Assembly (NCBI RefSeq): GCF_020745735.1
Contig: NC_083405.1
Location: 37,662,345 to 37,726,344 of the forward strand
Source of the DNA: Hemiscyllium ocellatum
Lineage: Eukaryota
DNA length: 64,000 nucleotides
Direction: 5' to 3'
Shown here: positions 38,571 to 51,174 of the stretch, in pieces
How positions within the stretch are numbered: the stretch's first letter is position 1
Layout of the letters: every line of letters starts with the position of its first letter
Notes under the pieces: generated by a model
The model's input: the letters and a program-made list of their open reading frames with translations, nothing else
What the model was told of the DNA's origin: nothing
Database searches by the model: none
Position numbers and translations under genes: made by a program

Positions 38571-38739
38571 CCACTCCCCCGGCCCTCAGTACCCACTCCC
38601 GCAGCCTCAGTACCCATTCCTACAGCCCTCAGTACCCACTCCTCCAGCCCTCTGTATCCAGTCATACAGCCCTTAGTACCCACTCCTCCAGCCCTCAGTA
38701 CACAATCCTACAGACCTCAGTACCCACTCTTACAGCCCT
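38571..38739 (+). repeat. 22-bp minisatellite, about 7.5 copies
   Basis: Unit gccctcagtacccactcctaca with variants. Confidence 0.92.
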
Positions 38740-40462
38740 GAACCAGTGATGCTGGCGATGAATGGTTTAGTTGGTGGATAGAGTGCTCATCAAGAAGGCT
38801 GTTTTGGCCTGGGTGACATCAAACCAATAAGAATTGTTGATGCTGTACTCATTGGTGAAGCAATTACAGCCGGTTGGGCCTCGAACACTACCCTGAGCAA
38901 CTAGGGGCCTTTGTGGCCTGGGTAGTGTCCCTTCCTCTGAATCAGGAGATCTAGGTTTGAGTCTCACTTGCTGCAGAAATGTATAATAACATCTCTGAAC
39001 AGGTTGATTCTGAAAATATCTATCTGGAGTAACTCCTGCAGAGATATGCTGGGGCTAAGATGATGGGCCTGTAACAACTAGAATTGTCTTCCTTTACATA
39101 AGGTACGACTCCAGGCAGTGCAACTTTTTACCAACTTAACAGCAATGAGAACATTTGTTCATAACATCTTAATTAATAAAATCATTAATAATTTCTTCAA
39201 TAATGAATATATTACACACATATAAATAGATAAATTGCAAATTTTGCATATTCTCAGATTGGCTTTACAGTTTGTGGAGCTTGTTAATATAGCTTTTATT
39301 CTCAGTCACAATACTACTAAATAGTTCTCAAACCTATCAGTCAATCACATTACTATCTAAAAAGAATTAGATTTAATTGTGCGAACAAAACTTCCAATCA
39401 ACCACTTTTATATCCTTTGGTGTATAGTTAATTTTATGTGACAATAAAAAAAAGTATCAAGCTATACAAATATTCACCAGAGGCTATGTAATGATTTAAT
39501 GACAATCTGATGCTGAAGACAATAGTGAATGATAGGGGTAGCATTTATCCAAGGGGCTTAAACTAAGCTCTAAAATTGTTGCTGGTATGACAAATCAGAC
39601 ACAGCTTCCTCATTTTCTCCATGCAGCTAAAAATATAGATCAATTTGCATTTAAATAGGAAAAACATTGAATGGAAAAGGCATGAATACAGAACAATTAG
39701 AGTTTGGATTGAATATTCAAAGTTAATGAACAGCATGAGTTACATAATGTTAAAGTCTCAGTGGTCCCATAGTGATCCTAAAGCTGATTAAAGGTCAATG
39801 ATGAGCACTAAATTGATCAGAATTGCTTTGACTGCTGAATATTTCTTGTCTTAGTATCATTTTGTTAATTATAACAGCAGCCTATTGAAGGCTTGCTAAA
39901 TGTTTTGAGAACATATCGATTTATAAACAGACAAAGACTACTCAATGCAACCACGTTAAATTTTGTTCCAATCCTGTTTACAAAATGTGTTGCCTTCAGA
40001 AAAGTAAGTAATATGCAGAGACTTCAGCTGAAGCATAGAGGTGACAGATCATTATTATTGGTTTATTCTGGATTTAGTATTTTCACTGAACTGTGGAGTA
40101 ACCTATCCCTTCAATCATGTTTTATTCTAACAGTTCCCAGGAGCTTCAATTATATATTTCAAAGTAAAAATGAAGATGCCTGAATGAAATGGTATTTAAA
40201 CTCAAAAGGATATGGGATAAATCAGATAAAATGATGAATGCAGCATTTGCGCTTATTAAATGCTGCATCAGCTCTTCAAGGCGGATTTTATGAAGCTTAC
40301 GAATGTGAAAAGTGGTGTGTGGGGCAATCGAATTCAGCAGAATGTGAATTTTGAATTGCCCTACAGCATGCTGAGATACACTGGTGTGTTGGACATCATA
40401 TCATGGTTTGTATGTCATTCATTTGCATGCAATTATGCATTAGCGTATAACCTTTTAAAATT

Positions 40463-40572
40463 AGGCAAAAGTGAACACTGCAGATGCTGGAGATTAGAGT
40501 CGAGAGTGTGGTGCTGGAAAAGCACGGCAGGTCAGGCAGCATCAGGAGGATCAATGTTTGGGACAAAATCCC
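40463..40572 (-). mobile_element. Penelope pLTR fragment
   Basis: aaagtgaacactgcagatgctggag..gctggaaaagcacggcaggtcaggcagcatc. Confidence 0.8.
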
Positions 40573-40928
40573 TGACATGTGTTCAAGATAAAGTCAACAG
40601 CATATGGGCATCCAATTCACACTTATTTAAAAATGGGGTGCCTGAAGTCAGTAGTTATCCACATTAAGCTCTGCAGTATGAGGGTAAAGGGTCTGTACTG
40701 GAGAGGGTAAGTGAACTGGGGTGGGGTAAGCAGGGGATATGTGTTGTACAGTGTGTTGAGGGATCCAAGGGAAGGCAAAGGGTGTGGTCAGGAGAAGATA
40801 GAAGTACATTTTAGGTGTGCGGTGAGTGTTTGGAATATTAAATCAAGGTAAGAAAATGAGGGGCTGAAAGTGAAGTGACAGTCTGACTGAAGGTGTTAGT
40901 TAGCAAAGTCTGTATAGGGCTTTGACAT

Positions 40929-41237
40929 TTAGGTTAGATTAGATTCCCTACAGTATGGAACAGGCTCTCCAGCCCAACAAGTTCACACTGACCCTCCAGC
41001 GAGTAACCCACCCATACCCATTCCCCTATATTTACCCCTGACTAATGCACCTAACACTATGGGCAATTCAGCACAGTCAATTCACCTGACCTGCACATCT
41101 TTGGATCGTGGGAGGAAACCCATGCAAACATGGAGAGAATGTGAAAACTGTACACAGAGGTTGCTTGAGGTGGGAATTGAACCTGAGTCCCTGGAGCTGT
41201 GAGGCAGCAGTGCTAGCCACCAAGCCACCATGCCACA
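40929..41237 (-). mobile_element. HE1-type V-SINE
   Basis: Head, V-domain and (atcta)n tail on the minus strand. Confidence 0.88.
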
Positions 41238-41417
41238 CCACCCCTCCCCACCGACCCCCATGACATTTACTTGTGACATTTCAGTCGCCCCCACTGACAA
41301 TGATCTCAGACAATGTATTTTACAATGCATGGGATGGAGGGCTTGGTCAGCCTACAGTTCAACCATGACCCACAGAGTGGGAAGTATCACACTGGACACT
41401 AACATGAATGCTCATGA

Positions 41418-41504
41418 TGTGGAGGAATCGGTGTTGGACCAAGGCAGACAAAGTTAAAGACCAGTACTTCCAAATAAACCTGTTGGACTTTAACCTGGTA
41501 TTTT
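41418..41504. mobile_element. Penelope-derived mini-element remnant with 14-bp TSD
   Basis: atgaatgc(t/g)catga at 41404-41417 and 41505-41518; internal cttccaaataaacctgttggact. Confidence 0.72.
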
Positions 41505-41936
41505 ATGAATGCGCATGACAGAGTGAAAAAAAATACAATGGGTTGTTTCTTCCACAATAAAGTAATTGTCCCCAACACCCCTGTAAGTATTAATGCTTGT
41601 AACTTGGCATTGCCAAGACGTCTGATTAAGTTAGTATCAACAAATAACAATAAACACAGATAGATAAAGTTAAATCTATCTAATTTGAAAAATATAGCAA
41701 CAAAATTTGAATTTGAAAGCAATATCAATGTGACCTTGTTGATTTCAATAAGTCTTATGATAATTACGAAGTTAGGCAGGAATGCTTTGGTTGTGTTGCA
41801 GAGCCTCCCTGCTGACAAGGATATTCCAGTACAACCTGCCTCTAACTACAGCATTATTACCCGAGCCTAACACTGAAAAGCTCCAGAATTACATGCATTG
41901 CCTGGGCATGCCACAGACAGTGTACATTTTAATGGT

Positions 41937-42120
41937 TAAAAATCACCCAACACCAAGTTATAGTCCAACAGGTTTAATTGGAAGCACAGGAGATAGTCAC
42001 CTGATGAAGGAGCGTCACTCTGAAAGCTAGTGTTCTTCCAATTAAACCTATTTGACTATAACCTGGTGTTGGGTGAATTTTAACTTTGTACACCCCAGTC
42101 CAACACCGGCATCTCCAAAT
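41937..42120 (+). mobile_element. Penelope-derived fold-back mini-element with hammerhead and 12-bp TSD
   Basis: Inverted arms of about 50 bp; cac-CTGATGA-aggagcgtcactct-GAAAGCTA-gtg; ca(t/c)tttaatggt flanks. Confidence 0.82.
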
Positions 42121-43507
42121 CACTTTAATGGTAATTGTGTGGGAAAGATGTAATAGTGTTGCATGCTACTGGAAAATGTGCTTCCTAATTCTTTAGGCTT
42201 CTTTTGTAATTTACGATTTAAACATTTTTTTTTCATTTATTTAATAGATCCTGAAAATGTTGTGTTTGAGTCAATAGGATTTCCATCATTTAAAATGGAA
42301 CCATTGCTCCTTCATGATCAAAGTGCTTTTATCTTTCATGTACACATGGACGTACTTATGAAATCATGTGTTAAGTGTTGAGAGTCAGTGGATAGCATCT
42401 CTGCTTCTAAGCCAGACACTCCAGGTTTAAGTTCCCATCCCAGTAGTTAATGGCTAAGAAAGGTGCTCAATCACATTTTTATGAGGTTTTGCTATTCCAA
42501 AAATGTCAATATGACTTTTTTGAATTGTTGAATCATTGACATATGTAAATAAATACATTTATTCAGTCACACTAAATTTGATTCTGTGGTATAATCTTAT
42601 AAGGAAACCTATTTCCAATGATCCCAAAAAAAGTTGATAAATTTCATCATGACAAGAGACAATGTAATATCTGGTGCAATCTAGTGTAATGTCTTGTGTG
42701 AACTTCTGTAATATATTTTATTTTCATCCAAGGAAAATTTAGAAAGCCAGTTGCAAGTTGTTTCCAACTTTACTGTGTTCCTTTGAGATATCATTTGTCA
42801 TCATTTATTTTAAAGAGCAGGCAATTCAGAAGAATAAACCTAGAGTAAATCTTAATGGTTAGTGAATAAATAGTTTAGAACATTATGTTGAAAATGGAGA
42901 AAAGATCTTTGTCACTGATTTAATTTTTATGCCCAGAAATGTCATGGAGTTATAAAGATGTACAGCACGGAAACAGACCTTTCAGTCCAACTCATCCATG
43001 ACGACCAGATATCCTAACATAATCTAGTCCCATTTGCCAGTACTTGACCTGTATCACGCTAAAATCCCTCCTCTCCATGTACACATCTAGACACCTTTTA
43101 AATATTGTAATTGTACCAGCCTCCACCACTTCCTCTGCCACTCATTCCATACACTCACCACCTTCTGTGTGAAAAAGGTGCCCCTTAGATCCCTTTTCAA
43201 TCTTTCCCCTCTCACTCTAAACCTATGCCATCTAGTTCTGGATTCCCCCAGCAGGGAAAAGACCTTGTCTATTTATCCTATCCATGCCCTTCATGCTTTT
43301 ATAACCTCTATAAGGTAACCCCTCAGCCTCTAATGCTCCAGGGAAAATAGCCCTAGCCTATTCAACCTCTCCCTATAGCTCAAATCCTCCAATCCTGGCA
43401 ACATCTTTGTAAATCTTTTCTGAACCCTTTCAAGTTTCACAACATCCTTCCTATAGCAGGGAGACCAGATTTGCACACAATATTCCAAAAGTGGCCTAAC
43501 CAATGTC

Positions 43508-43893
43508 AAAACTGAAAATGTGTTGCTGGAAAAGTGCAGCAGGTCAAGCAGCATCAAAGGAGCAGGAAAATCGACGTTTCGGGCATGAGCCCTTCTTCAG
43601 GAATGAGGAGAGTGTGCCAAGCAGGCTAAGATAAAAGGTAGGGAGGAGGGACTTGGGGGAGGGGCATTGGAAATGCGATAGGTGGAAGGAGGTTAAGGTG
43701 TGGGTGATAGGCCAGACTGGAGGTGGGGGCGGAGAGGTCAGGAAGAAGATTGCAGCTTAGGAAGGTGGTGCTGAGTTCAAGGGTTGGGACTGAGACAAGG
43801 TGGGGGAAGGGGAAATGAGGAAACTGGAGAAATCTGAGTTCATCCATTGTGGCTGGAGGGTTCCTTTTCCAGCAACACATTTTCTCACTTTCT
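43508..43893 (-). mobile_element. Penelope pLTR with inverted tail, 13-bp TSD
   Basis: cctaaccaatgtc at 43495-43507 and 43894-43906; homologous to the reverse complement of about 63090-63420. Confidence 0.9.
43569..43604 (-). ncRNA. Minimal hammerhead ribozyme (Penelope-associated), intact core
   Basis: auuc-CUGAAGA-a-gggc-ucau-gccc-GAAA-CGUC-gauu on the minus strand. Confidence 0.7.
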
Positions 43894-44517
43894 CCTAACC
43901 AATGTCCAGTACAGCTGCAACATGACCTCCCAACTCATGTACTCAATAATCTGACCAATAAAGGAAAGCATACCAAATGCCTTCTTCACTATCCTATCTA
44001 CCTGCAACTCTACTTTCAAGGAGCTATGAACGTGCACTCCAAGGTCTCTTTGTTCAGCAACACTCCCTGGGACCTTCCATTAAGTGTATAGGTCCTGCCC
44101 TGGTTTTGCCTTTCCAGAATGCAGCACCTCACATTTATCTAAATCAAACTTCATCTGCCGCTCCTCAGCCAATTGGCCCATCAGGTAATCTTCTTTGCTG
44201 CCCACTATACCTCCAACTTTGGTGTCATCTTTAAGCTTACTAATTATAACCCCCATGTTCATATCCAAATCATTTATATAAGTGACAAAAAGCAATGGAC
44301 CCAGCACCAAACTTTGTGGTACACAGCTGGTCACAGGCCTGCAGTCTGAAAAGCAACCCTCCACCACCACCCTCTGTCTTCTACCATCAAGCCATTTCTG
44401 TACCCAAATGGCTAGTTCTCCCTGTATTCCATGTGATCTAACTTAGCTAACCAGCTTACCATGAGGAACCTTGTTGAACACCTTACTGAAGTCCATATAG
44501 AGTGTGTCCACCACTCT

Positions 44518-44680
44518 GTGGTGGAAGCAGGTTCAATTGAGTATATTGGATGATTATTTGGATGGTAATGGTGTACAGGGATATGTGAATAGGCAGGAGC
44601 TTGGGACTGGATAATACAGGCAGTATAGGCATGATGGGCTGATTGGTCTCCTGCATCATAATAATTCTGTGATTCTGAGA
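44518..44680 (+). mobile_element. Old CR1 3' end
   Basis: gtggtggaagcaggttcaattgag..gcatgatgggctga..ttctgtgattct. Confidence 0.6.
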
Positions 44681-44827
44681 AGTCAAAAAAATATACACTG
44701 ACAAAGGTCCTGTCTAACATATTTCTCCTTCAGTTTGGTGTGACAAAGCATCAGAAAATCTTTCAAGAAAATCTGTAAAGTGTTTCCATTGATTTTGATG
44801 TTAGCTAAGAGGAACTCAAAGACCTAC

Positions 44828-45028
44828 TGCTTTCTGCACTATTCTGTCTGAGTCAGTGCATTCCACAATTAACATGGTTATGTTTCGAACTAAATCAATT
44901 CTCTTCAGTGCTGCCTGTATTATGTGATCACTCATGTCTTTTCTTATCTCTTCCACTTTTAAGGCTAATCTTAACCTCTTTTTAAATGAGTAGCTCACAT
45001 TGTTTTCATTGGCCTCTCTTCCATCATT
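44828..45028 (-). other. Candidate 201-nt coding exon (phase 0-0) of an unidentified or decayed host gene
   Basis: Acceptor ttttttgtttgactacag(gttatag), open frame NDGREAN..KVEEIRKDMSDHIIQAALKRIDLVRNI..IVQKA, donor gtaggt. Confidence 0.4.
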
Positions 45029-45504
45029 CTATAACCTGTAGTCAAACAAAAAATTAACTACATTTTGTGGTTTTTAATTGAATCAATGACTTTTTCCTGA
45101 GCAAACAGAATGGTGAATAGAATTTTACTTGAATCAAAACTTTAGAAGAATGTACACTGCATTAATGAGAAGCTGTTCAGATTAAGTGAATATATAAATA
45201 TTGATGTGAAACCATGGAACAGAGGAAAAGGCCATTTGACCTTCGGAGCTCATCTCTTTCACAAGTTGCTTTGCATTGGCTTACCCAGTTTAGAGTCGCA
45301 AATTAAATTTCTGAATTTTTTTCTTCAAACTACAAAGTGGAATTAAGTGAAGCTGCAAGATACCTTTCTGTTTCAGGATATGTTTCAAACCTATTCGCAT
45401 TAATTATCTTTGTCTGTTCACTTTGCAAATCCCACCGTTTATCAGAACCTCCTAACCTTCGCCTGAATTTTCTAGTTAGGCCATTACCACAGCTTGAAGC
45501 GCCA

Positions 45505-48500
45505 TGGTTAGTGTATTGCCTCCCACGTACCAGGGTCCATGATGTTTCAGATCATGTCTTTGAGGTCCTGAAGGGAGAGGGTGACCAGCCCCAAGTCGTG
45601 GTCCATGTAGGTACCAACAACATAGGTATAAAGAGGGATAGGGATGTAAGACAGGATTTCAGGGAGCTAGGGTGGAAGCTGAGAGCTAGAACAAATAGAG
45701 TTGTTATCTCCGGTTTGTTACTCGTGCCACGTGTTAGCAAGGTGAGGAACAGGAAGAGATATCAGCTGAACACGTGGCTGCAAGGATGGTGTAGGAGGGA
45801 GGGTTTCAGTATTTGGATAATTGGGGCTCATTCTGGGGAAGGTGGTATCTTTATGGTCTTCACTTGAACCAGAGGGGTACTAATATTCTGGGTGGGAACT
45901 TTGCTGGTGTTATTTGGGTGGGTTTAATCTAGCTCAGCAGGGGAATGGGAGCCTGAGATATAATTCCAGTGCACAGAAGGATGAGAGTAGGGAGGGCACG
46001 GACAGGATTTCACAGTCACAGGAATGTACTGGCAGACAGCAAACTGGTTTGAAGTGTGTCGACTTTAATGCCAGAAGTATCCGAAATAAGGTAGGTGAGC
46101 TTGCAGCATGGATAGGTATCTGGGACTTCGATGTTGTGGCCATTTCAGAGACATGGATAGAGCAGGGTCAGGAATGGATGTTGCAGGTTCCAGAGTTTAG
46201 ATCTTTCATTAAGAATAGGGAAGGCGATAAAAGAGGGGGAGGTGTGGTCTTGTTAGTCAACGACAGTATAATGCTGGCTGAAAGAACTTTTTATGAGGAC
46301 TAATCTATTGATGTAATATAGGCTGAGGTTAGACACAGGAGAGGAGAGGTCACACTGCTTGGAGTTTTTTATAGCCTCCGCAGAGTTCCAGGGAGGTGGA
46401 AGAGAGGATTGGCAAAATGATTCTGGGTAGGAGTGAAAGGAACAGGGTGGTCATTATGGGGGGGCTTTAACTTCCCCAACATTGACTGGAAATGCTATAA
46501 CTCTAGTACATTGGACGGATAAGTTTTTGTCCGAAGTGTGCAAAGAGGGTTCCCTGACCCAATATATTGAAGGGCCGACAAGAGGAGAGGCTACATTTGA
46601 TCTGGTGCGTGGTAATGATTTAGTGATAGGTGAGCAGTTTGGAGAGAGTGACCATAATTTGGATACATTTAGTTGAGTGATGGAAAGGGATAGGGTACAT
46701 GCTTCAGGGCAAGAGTTATAGAAGGAGGAAGGGCAATTATAATGTGATTAGGCAAGAATTAGGATGCATAGAATGGTGTTGCAAAATGCAGGCGATGGGG
46801 ACAATGGAAATGTGGAGCTGGTTTAACAAACACTTGTTACATGTCCTTGACAGGTATGTCCCTGTCAGGCAAGGAGAAACTGATAAGGTAAGGGAACCAT
46901 GGTATATGACAGAAATTGCATCTCTAGTTAAGCAGAAGAAGGAGGCTTATGTGTTGATGAGACAAGATGGTTCAGATGAGGCGATGGAGAGTTACAGATT
47001 AGTTAGGAAGGATTTAAAGAGAGAGTTAAGAAGAGCAAAGACAGGACATGAGCAGCGTTTAGCAGGTAGAATAAAGGAGAACCCTAGAGCTTTCAATAAA
47101 TATGTGAGGAATAAAAGGATGACGAGGGTAAGAATAGGTCCAGTCCAAGACAGAAGTGGAAAGTTGTGTGTGGACCCTGTGGAGATCAGAGAGGTGCTAA
47201 ATAAATATTTCTCATCAGTTTTCACCCAGGAAAAGGAGAATATTGTAGAGGAGAAGAATGAGATATAAGATACTAGACTAGAAAGGATCAAAGTTAGTAA
47301 AGAAGAGATGTTATCAATTCTAGAAGAAATGAAAGTAGACAAGTCCCCTGGGCCAGATGGATTCTCTGGGAAGCTAGGGAGAAGGTTTTGGAGCCTGTTG
47401 GAGCTTTTGGTTCTGATATTTGAGTTGTCATTGTCTACAGGTTTAGTACCAGAGGACTGGAGGACTGCAAACATTGTGCCATTGTTCAAGAAGGGCAGTA
47501 GAAATGACTCAGGTAATTATAGACCAGCGAGCCTTACTAATCTGTTGTAAGAAAAGTTTTGGAAAGAAATATGATAGATAGGATTTATAATCATCTTGCA
47601 AGCAACAATTTGATTGCAGATAGTCAACATGGATTTGTCAAGGGCAGGTCATGTCTCACAACCTCATTGAATTTTTTGAGAAGGTGACCAAGCATGTGGA
47701 TGAGAGTAGGGCAGTTGACATGGTGTACATGGACTTCAGTAAGGCCTTTGATAAGGTTCCACGTGGTAGGCTGTTGGAGAAAATGCAGAGGCTTGGGATT
47801 AAGGGTGTTTTAGTAGTTTGGATTAGAAACTGGCTTTCTGTCAGAAGGCAGCGAGTGGTGTTTGATGGAAAATATTCAGCCTGGAATCCGGTTACTAGTG
47901 GTGTGCCACAATGATGTATTTTGAGAACAGTGCTGCATGTCATTTTTATACATGACTTGGACGCAGGCATAAGTGGATTGGTTAGTAAGTTTGCAGATGA
48001 CACTAAACTTGGTGGAGTAATGGACAGTTTGGAAGAATGTTACAGGTTGCAGGTGGACTTGGATAAACTGCAGAACTGGGCTGAGAGGTGGCAAATGGTG
48101 TTCAATGCAGATGAATGTGAGGTGATTCATTTTGGGAAGTATAACAGGAAGGCAGAGTACTGGGTCAATGGAAAGATTCTTGGTTGTGTGGATGTGAGAG
48201 ATCTTGGAGTCCATGTACATATATCCCTGAAATTTGCCACCCAGGTTGATAGTGCTGTTAAGAAGGTATATGGTTTGTTAGGTTTTATTGGTAGCGGGAC
48301 TGAGTTCTGGAGCCATAATGTCATGCTGCAATTATACAAAATACTAGTGCGGCTGCACTTGGAATATTGTGTACAGTTCTGGTTGCCTCATTACAGGAAG
48401 GATGTGGAAGCATTGGAAAAGGTGCAGAGGTGATTTACCAGGATGTTGCCTAGTCTGGTGGGAAGGTCTTATGAGGAAAGGCTGAGAGACTTGGATCTCT

Positions 48501-48878
48501 TCTCATTGGCAAGAAGAAGGCTAAGATGGGATTTGATCGAGACATACAAGATGATCAGCAGATTAGAAAGGGTAGACAGTGAAAGTCTTTTTCCTAGGAT
48601 GATAACATCAGCTTGTACGAGGGGGCATATCTCCAAATTGAGGGGTGATAGAGTTAAGACAGATATCAGAGGCAGGCTCTTTACCAGAGAGTGGTAAGGG
48701 TGTGGAATGCCCTGCCTGTCAATGGAGTTAACTCAGCCACATTAGGGAGATTTAAACAATCCTTGGATAAGCACATGGATGATGATGGGATAGTGTAGGG
48801 GTATGGGCTTAGATTAGTTCACAGATCGGTGCAACATCAAGGGCTGAAGGGCCTGTTCTGCATTCTATGTTCTATGTT
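45505..48878 (+). mobile_element. Long CR1 LINE: ORF1 SGNH-esterase tail plus ORF2 (APE, RT) and 3' UTR, pseudogenised
   Basis: VVVHVGTNNIG..VVISGLL; FNARSIRNK..VVAISETW; GESDHN; KSPGPDG; YMDFSKAFDKVP; SGVPQ; FADDTKLGG; (ttctatg)n tail; several stops and frameshifts. Confidence 0.96.
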
Positions 48879-49029
48879 GAATGGGCAAAAGTCTCTTGAC
48901 AGGGTGTCTGTCTGGAAAGCCAGATGGATATTAAATGGCCAGTAATATTAGAACATGCAGTGAAACCACGTCTCATTCTCCTCTTACTATAACGGTGGCT
49001 GGCAGACGTTGGTTCATATTTACTCTCTC

Positions 49030-49395
49030 AATTTAAAATTCTCAACCTTGTGCTAAATTCCACTATGGCCTCTCCCATCTCCAACCCTGCATTACTTCTG
49101 GCCCACAATCCTTTGAGATTTCTCCATTCCTTTAAGTGTGGCCTTTTGAACATTCCTGTTTTAATTTTTTCAACATTGCTGGCTAGCTGTTTAGCTTTAA
49201 GCTTGCATGTTTCCTTCTTAAACACTCACTACCTTTCTTTGTTCCTTTAAGAAAGTCTTTGAAATGTACATCTTTGTTCAAACCTTTGGTCATCTGCCCA
49301 AATGTCTCTTTATGTAGTTTGGTGTTGAATTTGAATAGTGCTAACATTAGTGCTTTGGAGCATTCTAGTACTTTAAAGATACAACACAAATTTAT
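49030..49395 (+). mobile_element. Ancient L2-type LINE 3' end
   Basis: FKILNLV..HYGL-like ORF end, tcctttaagaaagtctttgaaa..tctttg, gtgctttggagcatt tail. Confidence 0.6.
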
Positions 49396-51174
49396 CTTTT
49401 TTTTGGCATATCTGTCTGGTTGGTAGCTTTGTCAGCAAAGTTTATATTTTCAGGCAAGTTCCAATGGTTTACCTTTTGAGTTTTCCTTGATTTTCCTACC
49501 TAAGGTGGTTGAACACAAACAGTAAGGTTCAGATCAAGTGCACTGTCCTACATTTGATCCTTTGCTAAGCAAGGAAAATGAGACAGGAAGTTTGATGATG
49601 TCATTTCCACATACTTAGCATGGAATTCCTTGCCTTGCAAATGTCAGAGTGCACCCTCCTGGAGGAACCTTAAAGGGTCTCTAAGGTATAGAGGGAAAAG
49701 ACTTGTCATCATGACTCTTACCATTTTTTCATTGATCATTGATAAAATCAAAACATTCTCTGGACACAAAGCAGAGGACATAAGCCTGATTATGTTCCCT
49801 TGAACATTTGAAGTTATTTTTAATCTACTCTGAATGAGACATATATTCAACTCTGTTTAATGGTCATTACTGTGCAGCATTACCTACTTTAGTTGGGAGT
49901 CGGTTCAGTGTACTTTCTACAATGTGAAAAGGATCGACTTTTCTCACCTCAAGGCAATTTTGCTTTCTGTTAATATTCTCCGGCCTTTTCTCTTGTCTTT
50001 GTTGTTCAAGGGCATCCTGATATTGTACTTTGAGATGTATCTGATATCCTTAGTCCAGCTATTAATTAGTTCAGATCACCTCAATATCAATCTCCATTGC
50101 CTTTATCAGCAAAAACTGAATTGAAAAATATTGGAAGGCGGATCATTCTTCATTTTGCAATTCATGAGAAAAGTTACTCTTTTTGAAAAGTCTATATTGA
50201 AATATTGAGGATAGGATTAAGGTTGAAAAGGATCGAGTAAATTGGAATTGGTAATTAGATGATATTAAGGTTGGGTTTAAAAAGCTAAAACTTGTAGAAA
50301 GAAGGAAAATTTGACAAAGGTTTGCAAGTCACAGACGTGAGAGGTAGGAAAGCAATGAGTTAAAGAAATGTGCAGAATGAATCTTGATTTCAACAAAGTG
50401 AGGACACAGTGAGAAGGGAACAAATCTAAGATCGTGTAATTTGAGATTGGAAAGAATGAAAGGGGAGCTCAGATTAATCATTATTCCCCAGTCAGCCTGT
50501 TGTATTCAACTCATCTCATTGTACTTTCAAAAGTCAAACTCATTTTCAGAGCAGCTAACTAATTAGCCATGAATTCCTGAAGTAATGATTTCTTTCAAAT
50601 ATCTTGTGTCAAACCTCATGAAAGGATTTCGGAAATTCCACTGATAAGAAAATGTAACAAATTGGGAGTGATACATAAAGCCCAAATGTGTCAGTTGATA
50701 GAACAAACTGACTAAATTCAGTAGAAGTGTAAAATTCAATTGCAGTGTAAAATGAAGAAAACGAACATACATCAGGAGATTCACATTTGGTTCTCCTTAC
50801 AATATTGGTTGATCGAGGCTGTAATGGTGTTTGTGTGGGTGGGCTACCTAAGAACTACAGTGGCTAGCCCCAAAATCTGAGCGCTGCTTCTGCAGGAGCA
50901 CCTGAAGCAGCAGAAAAAGTGGCCAGGCTTTGACAGAAAGCTTCAACTCTCAGGAAATTGGCTACGTTGTCAGCATTCGTGCAGACTGAGGCCCACACTT
51001 GCAATTTAATAAGGGTCATGTTGGAGAAACAACAAGTCTCCATAAAGGCCTCTTCATCCACTAGGTGACCCATAACCTTTCACATGGAACCACAAGGTGA
51101 CAAGAGAAAACATTCAAAACTAGACTTCTGCTCCCTGTACCATCTGCACTGCAGCAACTTGACGCCTTCAGTTG

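Larger units (their letters stand above)
42941..44517 (-). mobile_element. CR1 LINE 3' half, interrupted by Penelope 43508-43893
   Basis: ORFs 44080..44370 PVTSCVPQSLVLGPLLFVTYINDL and 43330..43557 [14 protein letters not shown]. Confidence 0.92.

Noticed and set aside
41603-41617. Palindrome cttggcattgccaag as an NFI site
   Set aside because: Half-site spacing is 3 nt rather than the canonical 5; a single short palindrome is expected by chance.
49900-50470. Very old L2/CR1 RT trace on the minus strand
   Set aside because: Only a faint KPNL..SNY-like motif; too degraded to call.
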